Source of the DNA: Heteronotia binoei
Taxonomy: Eukaryota
Assembly: GCF_032191835.1 (NCBI RefSeq)
Contig: NC_083238.1
Location: 49,910,001 to 49,974,000 of the forward strand
Length of the DNA stretch: 64,000 nt
Reading direction: 5' to 3'
Every line of letters starts with the position of its first letter. Position 1 is the stretch's first letter. The notes beneath the pieces were generated by a model. It was given only the letters and a program-made list of their open reading frames with translations. It did no database searches and was not told the origin of the DNA. Positions 36,123 through 46,616 of the stretch are shown piece by piece. Made by a program: the position numbers and the translations under genes.

Positions 36123-36956
36123 TCAGAATACTTCGTGGACTCTGAAGTGGTTCTCTAAGGAAGGGGGTTCGTCAGCAAAATGAAGCTGGCTGTGGACGTT
36201 CACGCCGAACTCCTCAAGAACTTGTACAAATCTCTTGTGCTCTTTTCCAATCCATGACCTCATCATATCGAATACTTGGTATGGTGTGACGTGAGTGTTA
36301 GCGGCAATGCCGGTCTGTGCAAATCCTTCCAGCACGTCAGGACAGGTCACCCAGGTATTGCTTCCTCCAGAATGACCACCATCCAGCCAGTAAATTGCTT
36401 GTATGTTTTTTACGAAGGCAGCAAGGTCCTTGTCCTGTTTTGCTTCCTCGAGTTCATAAAGCAACTGGTTCAAGACAACACAACCTTTGCTGAAACCTAT
36501 TAAAGTGAACGATGCTCCGCCGATGACAGAAGGTTCGATAAAGTTCATGGTTGAGTTGCTGAAAGGCTCACAGTCTGGCTCCTTTCCCACCGCTGGGCAT
36601 CCGTTGGTAGTAGGAGCATCAGGGGATTTGTACAGGGTGGCCTTTTCATCCTTGCTAAATCCATGGGTGGTCTTCTGAGATAGCAGAAAATTCTGTGCTG
36701 TTTTGAAGGCGTTGACCAATAGCGCGTGGAGGTGCCTGAAGGCTCCAAAGTCAGTGCTGTGTTCAGGCGCTCCAAACATATTGCTGGCCACAAAATTGTC
36801 ATAACAGCTGAACTTGTGCAAATGCATGCGAGAGCATTTTATAACCCAAATGTAACTGCCGGGGAAACGATGGCCGAGAATAGCAGCAATGTTTTCCAAG
36901 CACCAGCGCTCCCACTGGAAATTTTCTGGATGGCAAACCATAATTTCATGATAGCT
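36123..36956 (-). CDS. C2orf69: C2orf69 (mitochondrial protein) exon 2
   Basis: SYHEIMVCHPENFQWERW...GFSKGCVVLNQLL...LDGGHSGGSNTW...ENHFRVHEVF*; acceptor TTTCAG at 36958-36957. Confidence 0.96.
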   Translation of the reverse strand, partial: SYHEIMVCHPENFQWERWCLENIAAILGHRFPGSYIWVIKCSRMHLHKFSCYDNFVASNMFGAPEHSTDFGAFRHLHALLVNAFKTAQNFLLSQKTTHGFSKDEKATLYKSPDAPTTNGCPAVGKEPDCEPFSNSTMNFIEPSVIGGASFTLIGFSKGCVVLNQLLYELEEAKQDKDLAAFVKNIQAIYWLDGGHSGGSNTWVTCPDVLEGFAQTGIAANTHVTPYQVFDMMRSWIGKEHKRFVQVLEEFGVNVHSQLHFADEPPSLENHFRVHEVF

Positions 36957-39900
36957 CTGAAATGAGACAACAGATAAATCTTAGCACAGAGTCTGGACAT
37001 GTCTTGTAAAGCCATTAATGATAGCTCCAATTTTTTCCAATTCCAAAAGCCTTTATTGGCATAACCACTAATGATATTTTTTCTTACTACATGCGACAGG
37101 TTATTCGCTGCCTAAAAAAACTATAATAAAAAGATATTAAGGCAGACAGCATTAAATCGGTGAATGAGAATTGTATTCAAAAGAAACTGAAGATGTTTGT
37201 CTTTAAGAAGGGGGCTAAAAGTAGGTCAATTATCACACTGCCATTATAGTTTATAGAACAAAGCTTGAGTCCTGTGACACCAATGAAGACCAACAAAGTT
37301 TAATTCTGGGCATAAGCTTTTTGAAAGTTTTGAAGAAATGTGCATGCACACAAAAGCTTATACCCAAAATGAAACTTTATTGGCCTTAAAGGTCCCACTA
37401 GACTCAAACTTTGTTCTATTGCTTCAGACCAAAAAAGCTGCCCACTCGAATCTATTATAATCTATAGTATGGCTGTATCTGAGTTACTCTGGCTATCTCA
37501 TTTCAAAGAGATATTGAAAGCAGAAACAGAAAAAGGGCAGTTAAAGCAATGAAATCTTATACAATATTCCATGCGATAAAAGAAAGATTATGCTACAGCT
37601 TTTTCCTTTAGCAAAGGGCAACTAAAAGGGAGCACATGAAGATCTGCCTGATACTGAATCAAACCCTTGATCCATCAAGGTCAATACTGTCTACTCAGAC
37701 TTGCAGCAGCTCTCCAGGGTCTCAGGCAGAGGTCTTTCACATCACCACCCCTCTGCTCCTTTAAACTTGAGATTTCAGGGATTGAATCTGGGACCTTCTG
37801 CATGCATAGGAGAGGCTCTTCCATTGAGCCAAAGCCGTGACTGATATATATTGTTATGAATAACAGTGTATTTTTGTCTTATAACTTCAGAAGTTTCAAA
37901 AACAGTTAAGCAAGTTAATGGAATACAGTTCTACCAACAGCCATGACAGTTCAATTGAACCTCTACATTAACCTCACAGTGCATCTAAATTAAAAGGGCT
38001 AGCTTTCACCATCATGGTACCTACGGATCTTCCTAGAACAACTGCACTAAGTGTGGTAACTGCACTAAGTGCTGCACTAAGTGTGGTAAGACCTGGAAAG
38101 CCATTCCTCCCCCACAACTCTTACACCATTATCGGGACACCCTCCCCGCCCCAACCAAGAGGAGGAGGAGGAGGCAGCCATGATGCCATCCCTGGTGGAT
38201 GCTTGTCTGCCTCGTGACACCTTCTGTGCCTTGTGGTGCTGGTCATGCTTCTGCTTGGCTGTCGGGGGCCTCCTTGCTGCCTCCTCCTCCAAGCTGCTGG
38301 GATCACCGGTGATCAAGCCATTGCCTGTTCTTAGCTGGGTCCAGCCCCAAAATGTAGGAGCGGGATTAATTTCTCAGCCTTCAGAATTTTGTATTTTAGC
38401 AACCAAATTTTCTAATCTGCAAAACCTAACCCCCAGCCTCTTGAAGAAGAAGAATTGTAGATTTATACCCTGCCCTACAATCTCCTTCCCCCACAACAGA
38501 CACCCTGTGAGGTGGGTGGGGTTGAGAGGGCTCTCACACCAGCTGCAAGTGGAGGAGTGGGGAATCAAACCCGGTTCTCCCAGATAAGAGTCCACGCACT
38601 TAACCACTACACCAAACTGGCTTTCTATCAATCCCTGAAATCTCTTGTTAATTTCACTACAACTATGACAAAAGTGCTGTGGTATAGAACCACTGGGGTA
38701 ATCCTGATTATCACAAAAACAAAAAGCCTGCTGCTAAGCTCAGCCTAACTTCTCGCCAGTTTCTCCAGATTCCATTACTGCTTTAAAAACTGACATTTAA
38801 CTGAAAATCAGAGCACCAGTAAAGAAAGCAACTGCCTAAAAAATGAATTCCTCTGCTGCCACTGAAGGGTATAAAGTTAAATTTACATACAAACAAGCAA
38901 TGGCAATGAACATCATGCAAGCTGGTTTTTATGTCATACCACAAAACACGCTGATGCGAAACAATAAAGGAGCTTTGGGTTGGATCTGGCCCACTTTTTC
39001 ACACTCTCACCCAATTCCCCTCCTTATTTCAGCCCCCCCGTTTCACGTGGCTTTGGTCTATGCAGATCCCATAATCCTCCAAAAAGCCTCCTTTGGTGGT
39101 CAAAGAAAACCCCTCCCTCCCTTTTCTCACCAGCACAAAAAACTGGCTGGATCCTGCCCTTTGGGCTGCCCCCGGGAACTGCAGAGAGACACCACAAGAA
39201 AATCCTTGATGAAAAACAATAGGTGCTGCAATGAACTTTCTAAGCACCATGACAACCTGGGATTTGTCCAGCCTTGCTTTGTACACTCTCTCTGAGGACA
39301 ACTAGTCCACTGTTAATTCCCCATGAAAGCAATTCACTTCATGAAAAAATGGGAGGGGCAATACTAGCAATTCTTCACTTTCTACCCTGTCCAGAGGAAC
39401 TGACCAACCACTATAAGAAAAGATGCTAGACTTAGATGGACCACTGATCTGATCCAGCAGGGCTCCTCTTATGTTCTTTGAAGGTCTCAGCCTCAATGCC
39501 CGTTTGTTGGCCCTCCAGAGGAACTGGTTGGCCACTGTGTGAGACAGGACTCTGGACTAGATGGATCATTAGTCTGATCCAACAGGGCTCTTCATATGTC
39601 CTCCCCCCCAAAAAACCCAAACTAGTCAGCCCCTTCAACATATTAAACCAAAAGGCCTTACAATTATTTTTTCACTAGCCCACAGAGCTTAAATTTGAAG
39701 GCACATTGACGGAACATCCACCATGATGTGTTACTTGCCCTCTAAGCCAGCCTTTGCCAAAAACATTTTTTTTTTGTTGCTCCACCCCAAATGTTGCTCC
39801 AATATTTTTGTTGCCCACCCCAAATATTTAGGAGCTGGTCTCCTTTCACTCTGCAGGAACTGATATTTCAATTTTTTATTCCTAGATGCCAGAATGAAAT

Positions 39901-41419
39901 TTCTAGGCACCATGGTGAGCTGATATTTGTTCAGCCTCGCCTTAATGTAAACTGTGCAGAGAAGTGGACTCCCTCCATGGAAATCAATACGCTAAGATTG
40001 GAGCAATTCTGCACAGGTGCCAACAGACTCTTGTGCAGCCTGGTCCTCAGCATGCTTACTCAGAAGTCCCCCCATCCCAAATGGAAACTGCTCTATAATC
40101 AAGACCAGTTTTGGGACTTCACTGACACAACCTACATCAATAGTGGACACACCTGCACTGCTACTCTTATTATGTAGATAACTATTTATCAGCAATCTAC
40201 ATGCAGCAAACTGGGCTACAGTTTCACAAAAATCAATAAACCCACAGACACCTGAAATACACACATTCCTCTCACAGCAGAACAAATATTGAGTCCAGTG
40301 GCACCTTTAACACAGTTTAATTCTGGGTGTAAGCTTTTTTTCTGCCTGTATACTTCTTCATACAAAAGATTACACCCAGAATTAAATTCTGTGGGGCTTA
40401 AAAGGTGCCACTGGCCTCAAACTTCATTCCATTGCTTCAGAACAATATGGCTCCTACTTGAACCTCTCTAAGTAGACATTTTAACCTCCCCAGCCTTCTC
40501 AAATTACTCCTCTGTTTTGGTTACTCTGTCCTGCAGCTTCACAGTTCCTCTTTAGCATCTGATAAAGGAGGTACGCCCCTTCAGAAAATGCTTTTAAAAA
40601 AGAAATAATGTCAGAGCATAACTCTATGCATGGCTATGCAAAACCAATCCCCACTACGGCCAATGGCGCTGACTGCCAAATTGCATGCGTCCAGGATGGG
40701 TTACAGTGCAATCCTACACAGCGCTGTGCCACTCGAAGCCTTAATGAAGCGACTGGGTGGTGGAGCATCTGATTGGTATGCAGGAGATCCCTGGTTCTAA
40801 CCCTGGCATCTCTCGTTGGGAAATGTGAATGACCCATCTGAGCTGAACCCTGGGGAGCTGCTGCCCATCAAGTCGACAATACTGACTTTGAGGGACTCAG
40901 GGTCTGACCCAGAATAAAGGAGTTTCATGTGAGTAACTCTGCACAGGAGTTAGATCCAGGTGGGCAGCCAGCTGCGTTGGTCTGAAGCAACAGAACAATG
41001 TTAGAACCCAGTGGCACCTTTAAGACAAAGTTTTATTCAAGGTATGAGACTGTGTGCACACACGTTTTATCAGTTACAATGAAACAGAAACAACAGTCAT
41101 ACATATATGACAAACATATAGAGAATGGGAAGTAAAATTGTACACAGAAAAATGAAGATGTTTTTAACAGATTAAAAGCTTAGTTATATGGCTATTATCT
41201 GTTTGGGTTCAGCTCATGGGGGAAAACATAGCAATCCAATAAATATGAGCAGAACAAAGATGTGACCCCAGTATAAGTAAGTAACTGCACAGAAGTATTC
41301 TCTGCCCTGTCCAGTCGGCTTAGAATCACAGAGTTAGAAAGGACCTCCAGGGTCATCTAGCCCAGGGGTGGGTGGCCAAACTTGCTTAACATAACAGCCA
41401 CATACAATAAATGTCAGAC

Positions 41420-43250
41420 GTTTGACAGCTGCTCCTAGGTACCTCTCCCATGCAATTTAAATCATGGGGGAGAGCTGGCAACCCCCAGCTCCTCAGATTG
41501 AAGGAAAGGTTAAGAACATAATAGAAGCCATGTTGGATCAGGCCAATGGCCCATCCAGTCCAACACTCTGTGTCACAGTGGCCAAAAAACACAGGTGCCA
41601 TCAGAAGGGCCAGGTAGTCAGAGAACAGGGTACCCAACAGGAAGTCAGAGGGCAGGGCCCCCACAGGCCCCCCTGTAGCTATAGCTCTAAAGTTCCCATC
41701 ATCACCACTTGAGGGCCCTTCAAACAGCACCAGGGGCGGGGGGAGGAAGCAGCTGCTCCTGGGTACCCCCTCCCATACCATTTAAATCACGGGGGCGGGA
41801 AAGGGCAGGGAAGGTTGGGGGTATCAGACGGGAAGTCAGGAGGCAGGGCCCCCACAGGTCCCCTGTAGCTATAGGCCTGAAGTTCCTTCATCACCTTAGG
41901 ACCCTTTAAATGGCACGGGGGGGGGGGGCAGCAGCTGCTCCTGGGTACCCTCTCCCATGCCATTTAAATCATGGGAGAGGGATGGGGCAAGGGGATGGGA
42001 GGGAGAGAAGCTACCAGACAGGAAGTTCCCCCATCACCTTAGAATCCTTTAAATGGCACGGGGGGGGGGTGGCAGTTGCTCCTGGGTACCCCCTCCCATG
42101 CCATTTAAATCATGCGGGAGGGCAAGGGGATGGGGGGAATGGAAGCTACCAGACAGGAAGTCAGGGGACAGGGTGGGGGGGAGAGCAGCTGCTCCTGGGT
42201 ACCCCTCCAATGCAATCTAAATCATGGGGGCGGGAGGAGGCAGGTTGGGGTACCAGACAAGAAGTCAGGGGGCAGGGCCCCCACAGCCCCCCTGTAGCTA
42301 CAGGCCTGAAGTTCCCCCATCACCTTAGGATCTTTTAAATGGCAGGGGGGGGAGCAGCTGCTACTGGGTACCCCCTCCCATGCCATTTTAAATCATGGGG
42401 GAGGGCAAGGAGATGGGGGGGAGGGAAGCTATCAGACAGCAAGTCACTGTAGCTATAGGCCTGAAGTCCCCCCCCCCCCATCACCACAACTCAAGGACCC
42501 TTTAAATGGTGGGTGGGTGGGGGAGAGCAGCTGCTCCTGGGTACCCCTCCAATGCAATCTAAATCATGGGGGCGGGAGGAGGCAGGTTGGGGGTACCAGA
42601 CAAGAAGTTAGGGTGCAGGGCCCCCACAGCCCCCCTGTAGCTACAGGCCTGAAGTTCCCCCATCACCTTAGGATCTTTTAAATGGCAGGGGGGGGAGCAG
42701 CTGCTACTGGGTACCCCCTCCCATGCCATTTTAAATCATGGGGGAGGGCAATGAGATGGGGGAGAGGGAAGCTATCAGACAGGAAGTCAGGGGGCAGGGC
42801 CCCCACAGCCCCACTGCAGCTATAGGCCTGAAGTCCCCCCCCCCAATCACAACTCAAGGACCCTTTAAATGGTGGGTGGGGGAGAGCAGCTGCTCCTGGG
42901 TACCCCTCCAATGCAATCTAAATCATGGGGGCGGGAGGAGGCAGGTTGGGGGTACCAGACAAGAAGTCAGGGTGCAGGGCCCCCACAGCCCCCCTGTAGC
43001 TACAGGCCTGAAGTTCCCCCATCACCTTAGGACCTTTTAAATGGCATGGGGGGGGGGGGAGCAGCTGCTACTGGGTACCCCCTCCCATGCCATTTTAAAT
43101 CATGGGGGAGGGCAATGAGACGGGGGAGAGGGAAGCTATCAGACAGGAAGTCAGGGGGCAGGGCCCCCACAGCAGCTATAGACCTGAAGTCCCCCCCCAT
43201 CACCACAACTCAAGGACCCTTTAAAGGAGAGCAGCTGCTCCTGGGTACCT
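41420..43250. repeat. G-rich ~175-bp minisatellite (11 units, dimeric ~350-bp higher-order period) in C2orf69 intron 1
   Basis: GCAG(C/T)TGCT(C/A)CTGGGTACC anchors at 41426, 41749, 41931, 42072, 42185, 42354, 42527, 42697, 42886, 43061 and 43231. Confidence 0.85.
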
Positions 43251-43315
43251 AAACCTTGGGGCGGGAGGGGGCAGGGAAGGCTTGCAGCGTGGCGCAGCGC
43301 CCCTCCGGGCCTCAC

Positions 43316-43672
43316 CTGGACGTCGCCGGGGAAATAGATCACGTGATGCTGCGGCGGCGGCGGGGGCTCCGGGCGCGGGGGCAGGAAGAGCAGCACGTCG
43401 TTGCCGCGGGAGGGCTCGGCGCCCGGGACAGCGGGCAGGCGCAGCCAGGGCAGGTCCAGGCGGGGGGCCGACGCGGACGAGAGGCGGGCGGGGGAGGAGG
43501 TGGCGTCGGCGAAGTGGTTGCGGTTGCCGCCCCCTCCGCCGCTCGAGGGCCCCGCCAGGCAGGCAGCCGGCCCCCCGCGCAGGCTCATGTTCCGCGCCAG
43601 GCAGAGGAAAGCGGAGCCGAGGAGCCCCCTCAGGACGGAGGCGACGGGCGGGCAGCGCCGGCCGCCGCTCAT
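43316..43672 (-). CDS. C2orf69: C2orf69 exon 1
   Basis: MSGGRRC...VPGAEPSRGNDVLL...PPPQHHVIYFPGDVQ resembles human TVPGADPQRSNELLL...PPPQHHVLYFPGDVQ. Donor CAG|GTGAGG; 357 nt, phase 0. Confidence 0.92.
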
Positions 43673-43679
43673 GGAGGCT

Positions 43680-44010
43680 CTCGCACACCTTCCCTCAGGC
43701 GCCTCACGCACCACCGCGCAGCCGCGGAAAGGCAGGGGCGGGGCTGGACGGAGGAGCGAGAGGGCGCGCGGACGCCGCCTCCTCTCTCGTGATTGGCTGG
43801 CGTGCTCGGCGCTCTTTCTGTAGCCTTTGAGAGAGAGAGAGAGAGAGAGAACGAGAGCGGGAAGCTTAGAGGCTCGGGGTTGGCTGAGGGGGGAGACGAG
43901 GCTGGCGCGCGGAGTGGCGCATGCGCGTTGCTGGGCGCGCGTAACGGATTTTTAACGGCTCGCGCTGTCGGAGCGTTCTGTCGCTTCGTGAGAAGTAGCT
44001 TTGACCAGCC
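43680..44010. promoter_or_regulatory. CpG-island bidirectional promoter between C2orf69 and the septin retrogene
   Basis: CpG-dense segment between divergent ATGs (43672 and 44011). Contains ATTGG (CCAAT box) at 43792-43796, (GA)n at about 43828-43849 and a perfect NRF1 palindrome GCGCATGCGC at 43917-43926. Confidence 0.75.
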
Positions 44011-45303
44011 ATGACCGACTCCACCCCCGCCGCGGGTGTCATGACTCTGCCAAAGACTCCTGAAAGATATGTGGGGTTTGCCAATCTCCCCAATCAAATT
44101 TACAGGAAGGCTGTGAAGAGAGGGTTTGAATTTACCCTCATGGTCGTCGGGGAATCTGGACTGGGGAAATCGACGCTCGTCAATTCCTTGTTTCTGGCAG
44201 ACTTCTATTCTCCAGAGTATCCGGGACCTTCCCAGAGAATTAAAAAGACGGTGCAGGTTGAACAGTCGAGGGTTCTCCTGAAAGAAGGGGGTGTCCAGCT
44301 GTTGCTAACCATTGTTGACACCCCAGGATTTGGAGATGCCCTGGATAATAGCAATTGCTGGCAGCCTGTAGTGGACTGCATTGACAGTCGTTTTGAAGAC
44401 TACCTCAGGGCCGAGTCACGGGTGGACAGACGGCAGGTGGTGGACAACAGAGTGCACTGTTGCTTATATTTCATTTCTCCTTCAGGACGTGGGCTGAAAC
44501 TGCTGGATGTTGAGGTTATGAAGCGCCTACATGAAAAAGTGAATATCGTTCCGCTTATTGCCAAAGCAGACACGCTGACTCCTGAAGAGTGCCAGTGGTT
44601 TAAGAAACAGATCATGAAAGAAATTCTAGAGCACAAGATTAAAATATATGAATTCCCCGAAACGGGTGATGAAGACGAAAACAAGCTGGTTAAAAAGATA
44701 AAGGACCGTTTACCTCTTGCTGTAGTAGGTAGCAATACCATAGTTGAAGTCGGAGGCAGGAGAGTTAGGGGAAGGCGGTATCCTTGGGGAGTTGCAGAAG
44801 TTGAAAATGATGAGTACAGTGACTTCACAGTTCTCAGGAACATGTTGATAAGAACCCACATGCAAGACTTGAAGGATTTCACTAATCATATCCACTATGA
44901 GAACTACAGAAGCAGGAAATTGGCAGCGGTTGCATACAGTGGAGCAGACAACAGCAGAAACAAAGGACAGGTAACAAAATTTGACAGAGTAGAAGGCATG
45001 AGCCCTCAAGCACAAATAGAAGAACGGAGAGAGTACCTGCCAAAGATGAAGAAAATGGAAATGGAAAAGGAGCAGGACTTTGAAATGAAGTACAATGAAA
45101 AATGGCAGAAACTGAGGGACACTGAAGCAGAGCTCCAGCGGCGTCATGAGCAAATGAAAAAGAACTGGGAGGCCCATGACAAAGAACTGGATGAAAAACG
45201 CCTCCAGTTTGAGGAGGAGAAAGCAAACTGGGAAACCCTACAACGTATTTTGGAAAAACAGAATTCTCCAAGAACTTTGGAACAGAACAGGAAGCTGTTT
45301 TAA
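44011..45303 (+). CDS. SEPTIN7-like: Intronless septin-7-like retrogene, intact 430-aa ORF
   Basis: Single uninterrupted ORF with G1 GESGLGKST, switch-I Thr80, G3 DTPG, G4 AKAD, YPWG and a C-terminal coiled coil. About 87% identical to human SEPT7 over the G domain (hand alignment from memory). The downstream sequence resembles the SEPT7 3'UTR, followed by ATTAAA/AATAAA. Confidence 0.93.
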   Translation: MTDSTPAAGVMTLPKTPERYVGFANLPNQIYRKAVKRGFEFTLMVVGESGLGKSTLVNSLFLADFYSPEYPGPSQRIKKTVQVEQSRVLLKEGGVQLLLTIVDTPGFGDALDNSNCWQPVVDCIDSRFEDYLRAESRVDRRQVVDNRVHCCLYFISPSGRGLKLLDVEVMKRLHEKVNIVPLIAKADTLTPEECQWFKKQIMKEILEHKIKIYEFPETGDEDENKLVKKIKDRLPLAVVGSNTIVEVGGRRVRGRRYPWGVAEVENDEYSDFTVLRNMLIRTHMQDLKDFTNHIHYENYRSRKLAAVAYSGADNSRNKGQVTKFDRVEGMSPQAQIEERREYLPKMKKMEMEKEQDFEMKYNEKWQKLRDTEAELQRRHEQMKKNWEAHDKELDEKRLQFEEEKANWETLQRILEKQNSPRTLEQNRKLF

Positions 45304-45530
45304 ATCCACCAGTTAATGTTTGTTGCCAGTATTCTAGCCTGGACATCGGTGTGTGTTGGATCTGTTTGACCAGTCTTGCAGCAGTCTATGTTAAATTATT
45401 AATATTAAATTGTTTATGTTAAATATATGAATTTAATACCATGACAAAAATGTTTTAAATTTTGATGACAATTGTGTTGCCTTGAATTGTTTAGGTTGTA
45501 TGCTTGGAACAGAACAGTTCTAAGTACCGT

Positions 45531-45542
45531 ATTAAAAATAAA
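45531..45542 (+). terminator. Overlapping poly(A) signals ATTAAA/AATAAA of the septin retrogene
   Basis: ATTAAAAATAAA about 230 nt after the stop, followed by a degenerate A-rich tract (45560-45590). Confidence 0.6.
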
Positions 45543-46616
45543 AGTTATCTTAATTTTTAAAAAAGATTGGGGGCACTTAAAAAACAAAAACAATTTTAAG
45601 TTAAATGGAACAATACGTTGACTTTTATTCTTGACAAGAAGACGACATTGGATTTATATTCCACCCTCCACAGAGTCTCAAAGCGGCTCACAATCTCCTT
45701 TATCTTCCTTCCCTACAACAAACACCCTGTGAGGTAGGTGGGGCTGAGAGATCTCTTTCAGAAGCCTCCGGGTGGGACCTGAGGATCTCCTGTAATTGCA
45801 GTTTACCTCCAGACTACTGAGATCAATTCCCCTGGAGAAAATGTATGCTTTGGAGGGTGGACTCTGGCATTGTACCTCACTGAGGTCCCTGTCCTCCCCA
45901 GGCTGTATCGCCAGATCTCCAGGAGTTTCCCAACTTGAATCTGGCAACTCTACCCCATCATCCTCTATCAGTGACCAAGGGGGACCTAGCAACCCTACTT
46001 ATGTTCTTATGAGGGGTTGAGAGGGAAAAGCATATGGGAATCCAATTATTTTAGTAATCTTGACCTCAGACCTGAATGATTATTTTATTTATGATAACTG
46101 GGTTACAGACAAAGGAACACCCATTTTGTCGGTTATCATTTAGAGCTGCCAATCTCAAAGTAGGACGTGGAGCTCTCCTAGAATTACAACTGATGTCTGG
46201 ACTACTCTGATCAGTTCCCCTGGAGATATGGCAGCTTTGGAAGGTAGGCAGTGTGGCACTACTCATCTGAGGGCCCTCCCCAGGCTCTATACCCAATTCT
46301 CCAGGGATTGTTCAAACCCAGAACTGACAACACTAGATACCACAATCTACTTGGGATTGTGCTGTCAGAGGCCATTAGGTGTGGGATTGTGCTGTCAGGG
46401 GCCATTAGGTGCATTTGTATGTTGGCTGCAACCAAGAAAGTGAATCTGTAAAGCTTAATACATGTTTTCATTCAGTAGCTAACTTTATTGCCTCTCCTCC
46501 TGCTGAGGGTTGATGGTCACATGATAGGATTCCACTGCCAGCTATTACAACTGATTTCCAGGTGACAGACAATTCATTTGGAGAAAAATGGTCACTTTGG
46601 ACGGTAGACTCTATAG

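Noticed and set aside
38014-38340. GC-richer segment with short CTGCACTAAGTG repeats and small ORFs in the C2orf69 intron
   Set aside because: No recognisable protein, splice pattern, TSD or tail; its origin could not be supported.
43221-44097. Several 140-180-aa ORFs on both strands around C2orf69 exon 1
   Set aside because: Shadow ORFs of the CpG island; only the frame ending in HHVIYFPGDVQ has homology and a splice donor.
44400-45346. Antisense and alternative-frame ORFs within the septin gene
   Set aside because: Typical shadows of a real coding sequence.
43950-45600. TSD flanking the septin retrocopy
   Set aside because: No convincing direct repeat found; consistent with an old insertion but gives no positive evidence.
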